Of a stretch of DNA of 64,000 nucleotides, positions 8,528 through 18,799 are shown in pieces (position 1 is the first letter of the stretch; every line of letters starts with the position of its first letter). Source of the stretch: Rickettsiales bacterium (lineage in GTDB: Bacteria; Pseudomonadota; Alphaproteobacteria; Rickettsiales; UBA3002); NCBI GenBank assembly GCA_037968615.1, contig JBBKVX010000061.1, forward strand, positions 25,126 through 89,125, read 5' to 3'. The position numbers were made by a program, and so were the translations under genes. Below the pieces are notes generated by a model. The model saw nothing but the letters and a program-made list of their open reading frames with translations. It was not told the DNA's origin and made no database searches.

Positions 8528-10522
8528 ATGGCGCGTATTGGCATCCAGTCGGCGACGCTGTTTGCCCTTCCGCATCTTGCCCGTTTCTTTCCGCAGAGCA
8601 CACTTGTTCGATTGCCGTGGCTGTTCCCGTCTTTGCGGGGCGTTACGCAGCTGGCGGGCTGGGGGCACAAACGATGCGGCCGCGTGACCCGCGCGCTGGC
8701 GAAGCGCCACGGCCTGCACTATCTGGCGCTGGAGGATGGCTTTGTGCGTTCGTACGATCTCGCCGTGCGCGGTGCGTCTCCTTGGTCGATTGTCGCCGAC
8801 GATACCGGCATTTATTACGATGCAACCCGGCCCTCGCAATTGGAGCGGCTGATCGCGCAAGGCGTCGTACCGCCGGAGGCTGACGCGTTGATGGCCCGCA
8901 TGCGCGATCATCGCATCAGCAAATACAACGCCGCGCATTTCGATGCGCCGGCTTTGCCGGGATCCTATCTGCTGCTGATCGATCAATGCGCAGGCGATGC
9001 ATCGGTGCCGCTGGGCATGGCGAGCGCAGCGTCGTTTGATGCCATGCTGGCTGCCGCAAAGGCAAAGGGCCAGCCGTTGGTCATCAAGACGCATCCCGAT
9101 GTGGCGAGCGGAAAACGACGCGGCTTCCTCGCCGCGATGAACTTGCCCGACGATGCCGTGCGCATCAGCGAGGAGGTCAATCCGTACCAGCTGTTCGAGG
9201 GCGCCACGGAGGTGCACACCGTCACCAGTCTGCTGGGCATGGAGGCGCTAATTGCAGGCAAAAAAGTAGTCTGTTACGGCGCGCCATTCTACGCCGGATG
9301 GGGGCTGACGGAAGATCGCGCGCTGCCCGCCAGCGTAGCCGCGCGACGGGAAGCACGCCCTTCGCTGTTGCAGTTATTTGCTGCGGCGTACCTGCACTAT
9401 CCGCGCTACATCGATCCGTACAGCGGTGCGCCGTCGGACCTTGGGGCGTCCATCGATCGCATCCTTTGGTTGCGCGACCACTACCGCGACTGGCCACGAC
9501 GCCTGCATGGTTGGGGATTCCCGACATGGAAGCGCCCGCATGTGGTGCCGTTCCTTGCGCCACCGGGGGGAGCCATCACCTTCCATGACGAGATAAAAAC
9601 CGCAGTTACCGCGGCGCAGCGCGACGGCGTTCCGCTGGCGATTTGGGCGGCGAAGGAACCGCAGAATTTTTCGTCCGCCACGCCGTTGTTGCGCGTCGAG
9701 GACGGTTTCTTGCGCTCGCGCGGATTAGGCTCCGACCTCATCGCCGCCGACTCGCTGGCGGTGGATGCGCGCGGCATCTATTTCGATGGCGGCAACCCGT
9801 CGCACCTGGAGCAGCAACTTGAGGGAGGCGGGTTCGATGCGGCGTTGCTGACGCGTGCGGCCTTGTTGCGTGAAGCCGTCATCGCCGCCGCGCTCAGCAA
9901 GTACAATCTCGGTGGTGAAGCGCTGCCGGATTTCCCCAGCGACCGCCCCCTTCATTTGGTGGTAGGGCAGGTGGAAGACGATGCCTCCATTCAACGTGGC
10001 GGACGCGCCATCCGCACCAATGCGGAACTGTTGGCGCAGGTGCGCGCCGCGCACCCAGAGGCTTGGATTTTGTACAAGCCGCACCCCGATGTTTTGGCGG
10101 GCAACCGTCGCGCCGGGGCCGCCGACCGTGCGGCAACCGATGCCGACCAGTGGGTGGGCCATGTGGCGCTGCCTGCATTGTTGGCACGTGTGGATGCGCT
10201 GCATACCATCACCTCGTTGGCCGGGTTCGAGATGCTGCTGCGCGGTGGCCGCGTTATTACCTATGGCCAGCCGTTTTATGCTGGCTGGGGGCTGACGGAC
10301 GACAAAGCAGGCCCGTTCCCACGCCGCACTCGCCGCGCCACGCTCGACGAACTGGTCGCTGCCGCGCTCATTCTCTATCCACGCTATTATGACTGGCAGG
10401 CCCGCCTTCCCAGTAGTCCCGAACAGACCATCGCGCGTATGGCGCAGCCCGCGATTGCGCTGCGCACCAAAGCTTCGTGGCGGCGTCAGGCCGGGCGTTT
10501 GAAACGTTGGAGTGGGCTATGA
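8528..10522 (+). CDS. kpsC: Capsule beta-Kdo transferase KpsC
   Basis: 664 aa with a duplicated capsule-synthesis domain. The motif YG.PFYAGWGLT(E/D)D occurs twice (VVCYGAPFYAGWGLTEDRA and VITYGQPFYAGWGLTDDKA). Followed by kpsS. Confidence 0.8.
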   Translation: MARIGIQSATLFALPHLARFFPQSTLVRLPWLFPSLRGVTQLAGWGHKRCGRVTRALAKRHGLHYLALEDGFVRSYDLAVRGASPWSIVADDTGIYYDATRPSQLERLIAQGVVPPEADALMARMRDHRISKYNAAHFDAPALPGSYLLLIDQCAGDASVPLGMASAASFDAMLAAAKAKGQPLVIKTHPDVASGKRRGFLAAMNLPDDAVRISEEVNPYQLFEGATEVHTVTSLLGMEALIAGKKVVCYGAPFYAGWGLTEDRALPASVAARREARPSLLQLFAAAYLHYPRYIDPYSGAPSDLGASIDRILWLRDHYRDWPRRLHGWGFPTWKRPHVVPFLAPPGGAITFHDEIKTAVTAAQRDGVPLAIWAAKEPQNFSSATPLLRVEDGFLRSRGLGSDLIAADSLAVDARGIYFDGGNPSHLEQQLEGGGFDAALLTRAALLREAVIAAALSKYNLGGEALPDFPSDRPLHLVVGQVEDDASIQRGGRAIRTNAELLAQVRAAHPEAWILYKPHPDVLAGNRRAGAADRAATDADQWVGHVALPALLARVDALHTITSLAGFEMLLRGGRVITYGQPFYAGWGLTDDKAGPFPRRTRRATLDELVAAALILYPRYYDWQARLPSSPEQTIARMAQPAIALRTKASWRRQAGRLKRWSGL

Positions 10523-11730
10523 GCACGCGTCGCCAGTTCCTGCTGCTGCAAGGGCCGATGGGCTCGTTCTTCAAAAAGCTGGCAGCACATCTTCGGCGGA
10601 ATGGCCATGGCACGCTGCGTGTGAATTTCAATGGCGGCGACGCGTTGCATTTCTGTAGCAGCCATGCCGTGAATTTTTTCGGACGGCTGGAGGAATGGCC
10701 TGCCGAAGTTGTGCGCCTCGCCACCGTTCACGGCATCACCGATCTTATTCTCTACGGCGATTGCCGCCCGCTGCACCAACTGGCCATCGCAGCGCTGCAA
10801 CCGCTTGGCGTGCGCGTTCATGTGTACGAAGAAGGCTATTTCCGGCCCGACTGGGTGACGATGGAAGAAGGGGGCGTGAACGGTTTTTCGCCGTTGCCGC
10901 GCGACGCCGGATTTTATCGTGCGCTGCCTCCGGGCGAAAGCCCCGCGCGTGCGCCGATGCCGTTCGGCTCCAGTTTTCCTAGACTGGTGCGCCATACGAT
11001 GAGTTATTACATGGCGTCGGCATTGCTGGGCATACATTACCGCCACTACCGCACCCACCGCCCCCGCACCTACCAACGCGAGGGCTGGGCATGGTTCCTG
11101 CGGTTGACCGAGAATTATGTCATGAAATCCCTGATTCTTCGCCGACAGGCAAAGGCGCTGACCGCGCCCAATCCTTATTATCTGGTGCTGCTGCAATTGA
11201 TGGGCGATTCGCAGATCACGCATCATTCGCCCTACCACGACATGTACGAATTCCTGAACGAGGTGCTGAACGATTTTGCGCAGCATGCGCCTGAGGATAT
11301 GCGGTTGATCGTCAAAAACCATCCGCTCGATAATGGGTTGATGCGCTACACAAGTTTCTTGGAACAGAAGGCGATCAGCTTGGGGTTAAGCGACCGTTTG
11401 CTGTTCCTCGATGGCGGCCATTTACCCACGTTGTTGCACCATGCGCGCGGTGTGGTGGCGGTGAACAGCACGGCAGGTCTGTCGGCGTTGCATCACCATG
11501 TGCCGGTGCGGCTGATGGGCGATGCGGTCTACGCCATCCCCGGGTTGGTAAGCGCCCAGCCCCTCAAGGAATTCTGGCACCAGCCCGAGCAGCCCGATGC
11601 GGCGCTTTTCACGGCGTTCCGTAAGTATGTTCTGGATAATTCCCAGCTTTATGGCAGCTTCTATACACGGTTGGGCATCCGTGCGACGGTGCGCGCCAGC
11701 CTGAGTCGCCTGTTGGAGCCCGCCGCATGA
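10519..11730 (+). CDS. kpsS: Capsule beta-Kdo transferase KpsS
   Basis: N-terminus RRQFLLLQGPMGSFFKKLA... is typical of KpsS, with a single capsule-synthesis domain. 4-nt overlap with kpsC. Confidence 0.8.
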   Translation: MSTRRQFLLLQGPMGSFFKKLAAHLRRNGHGTLRVNFNGGDALHFCSSHAVNFFGRLEEWPAEVVRLATVHGITDLILYGDCRPLHQLAIAALQPLGVRVHVYEEGYFRPDWVTMEEGGVNGFSPLPRDAGFYRALPPGESPARAPMPFGSSFPRLVRHTMSYYMASALLGIHYRHYRTHRPRTYQREGWAWFLRLTENYVMKSLILRRQAKALTAPNPYYLVLLQLMGDSQITHHSPYHDMYEFLNEVLNDFAQHAPEDMRLIVKNHPLDNGLMRYTSFLEQKAISLGLSDRLLFLDGGHLPTLLHHARGVVAVNSTAGLSALHHHVPVRLMGDAVYAIPGLVSAQPLKEFWHQPEQPDAALFTAFRKYVLDNSQLYGSFYTRLGIRATVRASLSRLLEPAA

Positions 11731-12524
11731 CGCATGCTGTCACGATACGCGCTGCTTTCGCCGAACAAGGCAGGGTGCTGCATGCCTTGTTGCTGCGTGA
11801 AATTCGCACGCGCTTCGGCAGCCGCCGCATTGGCTACGCCTGGGCGCTGGTCGAACCAGCGCTGCATGTCAGCGTAATGTATGCATTGCGCAGCGTCACG
11901 GGCGGGCTAACGCCTGCGCATGTCCCGCTTTTATTGTGGTTGATTACCGGCATTGTTCCCTTCTTCATGTTCCGAAGCATTGTGCTGCGCATGGTGAATG
12001 CAGTGAGCACCAACCAAACAACCCTAGCCCTGCCACCCGTGAAGCTGATGGATGTTCTCTGGGCACGAGTGCTGCTGGAAATCGCCACTTATTCGGGCAT
12101 TCTGATTGTTTTCCTGATGCTCGCTGGGCTCCTCATCGAACCAGTCGCCGTCAGCCAGCCGCTGGAGGTGATGGGCTGCATGTTCATGCTGGCTGCTTTG
12201 GGCATGGGCTACGGTATGATCGCCATGACTTTTATCGCAGTTTTCCCCTCAACGAAGCCCTTGCTCAGCGGAATATTGCGCATGTTGTATTTCATGTCGG
12301 GCACGATTTTCTCCGTATCGCGCCTGCACCCCGATCTCTATCCCTACCTGACATGGAACCCGTTGCTGCATGTGTTTGAATCGCTGCACGCGGCGTTCTT
12401 CATAGAGTACACGCCGGTGCCATTTGCCTCCGACCTAAGCTATGCGGGTGCCTTTGCTTTGCTCATGCTGCTGTTGGGCAAACTGCTGGTGCAGCGTTTC
12501 AAACGCCAGGTGATGGAGGTGTGA
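11727..12524 (+). CDS. kpsM: Capsule export ABC transporter permease KpsM (ABC-2 type)
   Basis: 265 aa and about 6 TM segments. N-terminus LLLREIRTRFGSRRIGYAWALVEPAL is typical of KpsM. Coupled to kpsS and kpsT. Confidence 0.85.
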   Translation: MTHAVTIRAAFAEQGRVLHALLLREIRTRFGSRRIGYAWALVEPALHVSVMYALRSVTGGLTPAHVPLLLWLITGIVPFFMFRSIVLRMVNAVSTNQTTLALPPVKLMDVLWARVLLEIATYSGILIVFLMLAGLLIEPVAVSQPLEVMGCMFMLAALGMGYGMIAMTFIAVFPSTKPLLSGILRMLYFMSGTIFSVSRLHPDLYPYLTWNPLLHVFESLHAAFFIEYTPVPFASDLSYAGAFALLMLLLGKLLVQRFKRQVMEV

Positions 12525-12525
12525 G

Positions 12526-13173
12526 GTGATCGTACTCGACAACGTCCATAAAAGTTACCGCACCTTCTTCGGTCGAAAAAAAGTGCTCGATGGCATTAAC
12601 CTGATTATTCCGCGCGATGTAAGTATGGGCATATTGGGCCGCAATGGTGCGGGCAAATCCACCCTCATCCGCATCCTCTCCGGCATCGATACGCCCGATG
12701 TGGGTTCGGTGTCGCATCCCGGCATTCGCATGTCGTGGCCAATTGGGCGCGGTGGCATCCAATCCACGCTCACCGGGCGCGACAACGTGCGTTTTGTCAG
12801 CCGCGTCTACGGACTGGATATGCAGGCCACCTTTGATTTCGTGGAAGAGTTTGCCGAGCTTGGCCGCTATCTCGACATGCCGGTGACCACCTACTCGGCG
12901 GGCATGCGCTCGCGTCTTGCGTTCGCCCTAAGCATGGTCGCCGATTACGATTGCTACTTGGTGGATGAAGGATTCAGTGCCGGGGATGCCCGCTTCACAC
13001 AGCGCATGTCCGATTTGTTCGATGCTCGCCGAGAGCGTTCGAATATGATCGTGGTGTCGCACAGCGCTTCGGTTATCAAGCGTTTCTGCAATAAGGCGGC
13101 AATCCTTGAGAAGGGCCGCCTTACCGTGTATGAGGACATTAACGAAGCCATCGCCATATACAGGGACCTATGA
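12526..13173 (+). CDS. kpsT: Capsule export ABC transporter ATP-binding protein KpsT
   Basis: Walker A GRNGAGKST, signature YSAGMRSRLAFA, Walker B YLVDEG. GTG start. Confidence 0.85.
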   Translation: MIVLDNVHKSYRTFFGRKKVLDGINLIIPRDVSMGILGRNGAGKSTLIRILSGIDTPDVGSVSHPGIRMSWPIGRGGIQSTLTGRDNVRFVSRVYGLDMQATFDFVEEFAELGRYLDMPVTTYSAGMRSRLAFALSMVADYDCYLVDEGFSAGDARFTQRMSDLFDARRERSNMIVVSHSASVIKRFCNKAAILEKGRLTVYEDINEAIAIYRDL

Positions 13174-14330
13174 CAACCGTTGCACCGATACGCGATCAGC
13201 GCATTTCTTATTTTTGGCGCTTTCTTACCTGGCTGGTCATGCTTTTTGCACCGCTGCGCGGCGGGTTGCTGCTTTGTGTGGCTGTGCCGACGCTGCTGGC
13301 TACATTGTACCAAGGGCTCATTGCATCCGATATTTATGTTTCGGAAAGCGCTTTCAGTATCCGACAGGAGAAATCCACCGGCGGGCTGACCGAACTGGGC
13401 ATGGCCATCCCCGCGTTGCAAGGCGCCGGTCAGCAAGACCTGCTGACGGTCAACACGTACATTCTCTCCCGTTCGATGGTGGATGAGTTGGATAAGAAGC
13501 TCGATCTGCAAGCGATCTATCGACATGCCGATGCCGACCGCCTCGCGCGCCTGAAGATCGACGCCAATCAGGAAGAGCTACTGAATTATTACCGCTCACG
13601 CGTGCTTATTCATTACGACGAGCGGGCGCAGATTTCGACGCTGAATGTGCAGGCCTTTACATCGGAAGATGCGAAGCTGCTCAACGAAACCATATTGGAG
13701 CTGGCGGAAACATTTGTGAACCAGCTGTCCGCAGCGATGCGGGAGGACAGCATTTCGTTCGCACGCAGCCAAGTGACAATGGCCGAAAAAGAGATGATCT
13801 CCGCGAACAAAGCGTTGAGCGGTTTCCGCGAAGAGAATCGTAATTTTGACCCCGCACTGGCCTCCCAAGGCGTCGGCAGCCTGCTGCTCGGCTTGGAAAC
13901 CAAGATCGCGGAAAAACGCGCCGAACTCGATGCGGCGCGCGGCACCATGACCAGCCGCAACCAGAATTTGCGCAATCTCGAGCGCGAAGTGGCGGCGCTG
14001 GAGCGTCAGGTGACCAGTCAGAACCGTCGTCTGACCGGCGGCACAAGCGATACGTTGGGCCGACAGCTCGAAAATTTCACCAGCGTTTCGTTGCTTCAAG
14101 ATTTTGCGGTAAAACGTTATGGGTTGGCGCTGGTGTCGTTGGAAGCGGCGCAGGCAGAGGCGGCACGAAAAAATATTTATCTCGCCCGCATCGTTGCTCC
14201 CTCTTTGCCCGACATTGCGACGGAGCCGCGCCGTTTTTATCGCGTTATGTCGGTTTTCTTCCTTACATTGGCGGGCTACGCCATGCTGCTCCTGATCGCG
14301 GCTTCCATTGGCGATCACATCCGCAAATAA
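13170..14330 (+). CDS. kpsE: Capsule export inner-membrane co-polymerase KpsE
   Basis: N- and C-terminal TM helices around a long coiled-coil periplasmic region. [12 protein letters not shown] motif near the N-terminus. Follows kpsT with an ATGA overlap. Confidence 0.75.
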   Translation: MTTVAPIRDQRISYFWRFLTWLVMLFAPLRGGLLLCVAVPTLLATLYQGLIASDIYVSESAFSIRQEKSTGGLTELGMAIPALQGAGQQDLLTVNTYILSRSMVDELDKKLDLQAIYRHADADRLARLKIDANQEELLNYYRSRVLIHYDERAQISTLNVQAFTSEDAKLLNETILELAETFVNQLSAAMREDSISFARSQVTMAEKEMISANKALSGFREENRNFDPALASQGVGSLLLGLETKIAEKRAELDAARGTMTSRNQNLRNLEREVAALERQVTSQNRRLTGGTSDTLGRQLENFTSVSLLQDFAVKRYGLALVSLEAAQAEAARKNIYLARIVAPSLPDIATEPRRFYRVMSVFFLTLAGYAMLLLIAASIGDHIRK

Positions 14331-14385
14331 CCATAATTTTTTTAGCAATAGTGTGTTGCCCGGCGCTAACCGGGCTGCTATTGCT

Positions 14386-15549
14386 ATGGAACATATGGTC
14401 AAACCTAACATTCTTGTGGTTTTCGGCACTCGTCCCGAAGCGATTAAAATGGCTCCCGTGGTGCACGCATTGCGTATGTCAGGCGCTAATTTGCGCGTCT
14501 GCGTCACGGCTCAGCATCGGCAAATGCTCGATCAGGTATTGAAGCTGTTCGAGATCGCGCCTGATTATGACCTCGACCTGATGCAGCCCGGCCAGACTCT
14601 GCCGGAACTGACCGCCCATATCCTGCGCGGAATGACCGCGGTGTTCGACGATTTCATGCCCGATCGCGTAATGGTGCATGGCGACACCACGACCACCATG
14701 GCCGTGGCGCTGGCTGCGTATTATCGCCGCATTCCGGTGGCGCATGTCGAGGCGGGGCTGCGCACGGGCGACCTGTATTCCCCTTGGCCGGAAGAGGCCA
14801 ACCGCAAGCTCACCGGTGCATTGACGCATTGGCATTTTGCACCCACCGAGTCGGCGCGCGCCAACCTGCTGGCCGAAGGGGTGGATGAAAAATACATCTA
14901 CGTGACCGGCAATACAGTGATCGACGCGCTGCATATGGCCAACGAAAAACTTACCCGCAACGCTTCGTGGAAGACCGCGCTCGATAAAGAATTTTCTTTC
15001 CTGCGCCCTGAAGCACGGTTGGTGTTAATGACCGGCCATCGCCGCGAGAATTTCGGTGAAGGGTTCGAGCGCATCTGTGCGGCACTGCGCATATTGGCCA
15101 CCACCTATCCGGATGTCGATTTTCTCTATCCCGTGCATTTGAATCCCGCAGTGCAGGAGCCGGTGAATCGGTTGCTGGCGGCCCTACCAAACATCCATCT
15201 CGTGACACCGCAGGAATACATCGCGTTCGTATATCTTATGCAGCGCGCGACGTTGATCCTCACCGATTCGGGCGGCATTCAGGAAGAAGCCCCTTCACTT
15301 GGCAAGCCTGTGCTGGTGATGCGTGATACGACCGAACGCCCGGAAGCTGTAAACGCTGGCACCGTGATGCTGGTGGGTACGGATACAAGCCGCATCGTTG
15401 CCGGCGTACGCAACCTGCTTGATGATCCCCGCGAATACCAGCGCATGGCGCAAGCCCATAATCCCTATGGCGATGGGCGCGCCGCCGCCCGCATTGCCGA
15501 GATCATGCAGCCCGCCGAATCCGCACGTATGGGGAAGACCACTGCCTAG
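14386..15549 (+). CDS. wecB: UDP-N-acetylglucosamine 2-epimerase
   Basis: [17 protein letters not shown]...HVEAGLRT...DSGGIQEE motifs. Start chosen at the ATG at 14386 (ORF opens at 14308). Confidence 0.85.
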   Translation: MEHMVKPNILVVFGTRPEAIKMAPVVHALRMSGANLRVCVTAQHRQMLDQVLKLFEIAPDYDLDLMQPGQTLPELTAHILRGMTAVFDDFMPDRVMVHGDTTTTMAVALAAYYRRIPVAHVEAGLRTGDLYSPWPEEANRKLTGALTHWHFAPTESARANLLAEGVDEKYIYVTGNTVIDALHMANEKLTRNASWKTALDKEFSFLRPEARLVLMTGHRRENFGEGFERICAALRILATTYPDVDFLYPVHLNPAVQEPVNRLLAALPNIHLVTPQEYIAFVYLMQRATLILTDSGGIQEEAPSLGKPVLVMRDTTERPEAVNAGTVMLVGTDTSRIVAGVRNLLDDPREYQRMAQAHNPYGDGRAAARIAEIMQPAESARMGKTTA

Positions 15550-16804
15550 TCATTTCCAGCGCGTCTCTGTCATTGGCCTCGGTTATATTGGTTTGCCGAC
15601 GGCGGCGGCCTTTGCCGCGCGTCGCATCGAAGTGATCGGCGTCGACATCAACCAGCACGCGGTCGACACCATCAACAGTGGTGCCATCCATATCGTGGAA
15701 CCCGATCTCGACATCATCGTGCATGCGGCGGTCACCGAAGGCTATTTGCGCGCCACCACCACACCCGAACCGGCGGATGCTTTTCTCATTGCCGTGCCCA
15801 CTCCTTTCATCGGCGATCATGAGCCGGATTTGAGTTATGTGCGCGCGGCGGCAGAAGCCATCGCCCCCGTGCTGGTGCCCGGCAATCTCGTCATTCTGGA
15901 ATCCACTTCACCCGTGGGCAGCACCGAAAAAATGGCCGAATGGTTGGCGCTGGCGCGCCCTGATCTTCGCTTCCCGCAGCACGCAGGCGAAGCTTCCGAC
16001 ATACGCATCGCGCATTGCCCCGAGCGTGTATTGCCCGGCCATGTGATGCGCGAGTTGGTGGCGAACGACCGCGTTATCGGCGGTATGACGCCCGCCTGCG
16101 CCGCGGCTGCTGTGGCGCTCTATAAATTGTTCGTTGAGGGGGAATGCATTACAACTGGCGTGCGCACCGCCGAAATGTGTAAGCTCACCGAGAATGCATT
16201 TCGCGATGTGAACATTGCATTTGCCAACGAGCTTTCCATGATCTGCGATCGGCTCAGCGTTCCTGTCTGGGAGCTTATTCGCCTCGCCAACCACCATCCG
16301 CGGGTGAATATTTTGGAACCGGGCTGTGGGGTGGGCGGGCATTGCATTGCCGTCGATCCGTGGTTCATCGTGCATGAAACACCGGAGGAGGCGCGCCTCA
16401 TCCACACCGCCCGAAAAGTGAACGACAGCAAACCGCAATGGGTGATCGCCAAAGTGGAGGCGGCCGTGAAAGCCCTTGGGCGCGACATATCGGATATGCG
16501 CATCGCGTGCTTTGGTCTCGCCTTCAAACCAGACATCGACGACCTGCGCGAAAGCCCGGCGCTGGAGATCACCGCGCGGCTCGCCGCATTGTATCCCGGC
16601 CGCGTGCTGGCGGTGGAACCGCATATCCAGCAATTGCCGCCAGCGCTCGCCAAGGCAGGCGTGACCCTTCTTTCAGCGGAAGCGGCAGTCTCGCAGGCGG
16701 ATATTCTGGTGCTGTTGGTCAGCCACAGTGCATTTATGGTGCCCGAACTAAGCGTCAGTGCGCGCAATAAACCAATGGTTGACACGAAAGGCATATGGGC
16801 CTGA
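15473..16804 (+). CDS. wecC: UDP-N-acetyl-D-mannosamine dehydrogenase (start uncertain)
   Basis: Rossmann motif [17 protein letters not shown], catalytic-region [15 protein letters not shown]. There is no ATG/GTG/TTG between the wecB stop and the Rossmann motif. Candidate starts at 15467, 15473 and 15494 all overlap wecB. Confidence 0.75.
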   Translation: MGAPPPALPRSCSPPNPHVWGRPLPSHFQRVSVIGLGYIGLPTAAAFAARRIEVIGVDINQHAVDTINSGAIHIVEPDLDIIVHAAVTEGYLRATTTPEPADAFLIAVPTPFIGDHEPDLSYVRAAAEAIAPVLVPGNLVILESTSPVGSTEKMAEWLALARPDLRFPQHAGEASDIRIAHCPERVLPGHVMRELVANDRVIGGMTPACAAAAVALYKLFVEGECITTGVRTAEMCKLTENAFRDVNIAFANELSMICDRLSVPVWELIRLANHHPRVNILEPGCGVGGHCIAVDPWFIVHETPEEARLIHTARKVNDSKPQWVIAKVEAAVKALGRDISDMRIACFGLAFKPDIDDLRESPALEITARLAALYPGRVLAVEPHIQQLPPALAKAGVTLLSAEAAVSQADILVLLVSHSAFMVPELSVSARNKPMVDTKGIWA

Positions 16805-16830
16805 GTCGGCCCGCATAAATCAGGAACAGT

Positions 16831-18798
16831 ATGACACAGGAACAGACAGCGATTCCAGCAGAAGCCAAAGGAAGCATGAGCAAACCTCAAGATGCAAAAC
16901 TGAAGCTGGCCCAACGGCGCGTGGTCGAGTTGGAGAAGAAATTGAAGCTGCAGGTGCTCGCCGCCAAAACAGCCGAACAAAGAATAAAAAACCATCTTTC
17001 CTATCGTCTGGGCACAGTGGTGATCCAAAATAGTAATCCTCTGAAATGGCCATTACTGGTCTTCCGGCTTTACGCCGAGCGCCGCGCATTTTATGTGATG
17101 AAATATGAGTTGAAGACGAAGAGTCCGCTGGCCGGAGACCCGCTTCGTCGCTGGGCTAGGCTGCATAAAAGAAAGGGAATGCCCGCGCTGCTCGATGCGA
17201 TTGCCGACCCCAAACTTGGGCTGCCTGCTCGCGTAAAACTTTGGCTGCAAGCGGCAAGCCAGCTTGGCCTAAAAAATGAAAAACTCGCATTGGAAGTATC
17301 GGAGGCCGTCCTGCCGTTCGAAGAAAGCGGACGCACCTTGCGCAGCTGTTTCTGGATGTCGCTCAAGAACCAACAAGTGGTGTTAGCCAAGGAATATGCG
17401 GTGCGTATAGTTGGTACGGTTCGCGCAGATTCCAGCAACGAGGAACGCGAGCGTATTGAAAAAATTAAAGCGAATCCTGTCTTTCAGCTAACGCTGCTCG
17501 ATGCGGTGCCTCCGCGCACGAAACTGCAGATTGAATCGATTCCAAAACGTATCTGCTATGTGCTGCACAACAGCTTACCTTTCTGCTCTGGCGGCTACGC
17601 AGCCCGTGCACAGGGTGTGGCCGATGGAATGCAGCAGGCGGGTTACGATGTGGTCGTTATTACGCGACCTGGGTTTCCTTACGATATCAGGCCTGATGTT
17701 CTTCCGAGTGCGGTGCCGATACCGAACATGGTGCACGGCATTCCGCATTACCATATGGCCACGCCAGTGCGCGACAGAACGCGCCCCACCTTCGAATACA
17801 TGGTGGCCTCGGCCGATGCCATGGAGGCGCAACTGCGCGAACATCGCCCATCGTTGGTAATGGCGGCTTCCAACTATATGACTGCCCTGCCGGTTCTTAT
17901 CGCTGCGCGGCGGCTCGGCATCCCCTTTATCTACGAAGTGCGCGGTTTGTGGGAAATTACCCGCGTATCGCGGGAGAAGAGTTTCGAAAATACCCTCGGA
18001 TACCACGTATTGAAAATCATGGAATCGGCAACGGCCATGCAAGCCGACCGTGTGTTCACCCTCACCGAACCGATGCGCGAAGAACTGATGGCGCGTGGTG
18101 TTGCGCCTGAGCAAATCGATCTGTTGCCCAATTCCTGCGACCCCTTGCGGTTCTTGCCACAGCCGCGCGATGCGGCGCTGGCGGCCGAACTTGGTATCCC
18201 GGAAGGCGTGGCCGTGATTGGTTATGTTGGCACCTTCGTGGGTTATGAGGGGCTGGACGATTTAGCCAAAGCCTGTGGTATGTTGAAAAAACAAGGCGTT
18301 GCCTTCCGTTTGTTATTGGTCGGTAACGAGAACACCGCCGATAATTCGCGCGGCTCCATCACCGATGAAATCGTCACCATGGCCGAGAAGGGCGGGTTCA
18401 CCGATTGGCTCATCATGCCCGGGCGGGTGCCGCACGAGCAGGTCGAGCGTTATTACTCGTTGATCGACATCGCACCGTTCCCGCGCAAGCCATGGCCGGT
18501 CTGCGAAATGGTGTCGCCGATGAAGCCGCTGGAGGCATTGGCGATGGAGAAGGCAGTGGTGGTGTCGAACGTGCGCGCACTGGCGGAAATGATCGCCGAT
18601 CAAAAAACCGGCCTGCTGTTCGAGAAGGGGAATGTTGGCAGCTTAGCGCAGGTGCTGCGCCAACTGATTGAAAACCCCGCACTCCGTCGCACGCTCGGTC
18701 AGCAAGGTCGCCAATGGGTAGAGAGCGAGCGCACCTGGAAAAAAATCGGTCTCAAAATGTCCGAAATCGTAACGCGGTCCCCCGAATTGATGGTGTGA
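16831..18798 (+). CDS. Two-domain glycosyltransferase: unknown N-terminal domain of about 250 aa plus a GT4/GT1-type domain
   Basis: C-terminal half has GT4 features (CYVLHNSLPFCSGGYAARA..., E..G..LLEA-like PLEALAMEKAVVVS). The N-terminal part has a coiled-coil (KLKLAQRRVVELEKKLKLQ). GC is lower than in the kps genes. Confidence 0.7.
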   Translation: MTQEQTAIPAEAKGSMSKPQDAKLKLAQRRVVELEKKLKLQVLAAKTAEQRIKNHLSYRLGTVVIQNSNPLKWPLLVFRLYAERRAFYVMKYELKTKSPLAGDPLRRWARLHKRKGMPALLDAIADPKLGLPARVKLWLQAASQLGLKNEKLALEVSEAVLPFEESGRTLRSCFWMSLKNQQVVLAKEYAVRIVGTVRADSSNEERERIEKIKANPVFQLTLLDAVPPRTKLQIESIPKRICYVLHNSLPFCSGGYAARAQGVADGMQQAGYDVVVITRPGFPYDIRPDVLPSAVPIPNMVHGIPHYHMATPVRDRTRPTFEYMVASADAMEAQLREHRPSLVMAASNYMTALPVLIAARRLGIPFIYEVRGLWEITRVSREKSFENTLGYHVLKIMESATAMQADRVFTLTEPMREELMARGVAPEQIDLLPNSCDPLRFLPQPRDAALAAELGIPEGVAVIGYVGTFVGYEGLDDLAKACGMLKKQGVAFRLLLVGNENTADNSRGSITDEIVTMAEKGGFTDWLIMPGRVPHEQVERYYSLIDIAPFPRKPWPVCEMVSPMKPLEALAMEKAVVVSNVRALAEMIADQKTGLLFEKGNVGSLAQVLRQLIENPALRRTLGQQGRQWVESERTWKKIGLKMSEIVTRSPELMV

Positions 18799-18799
18799 T

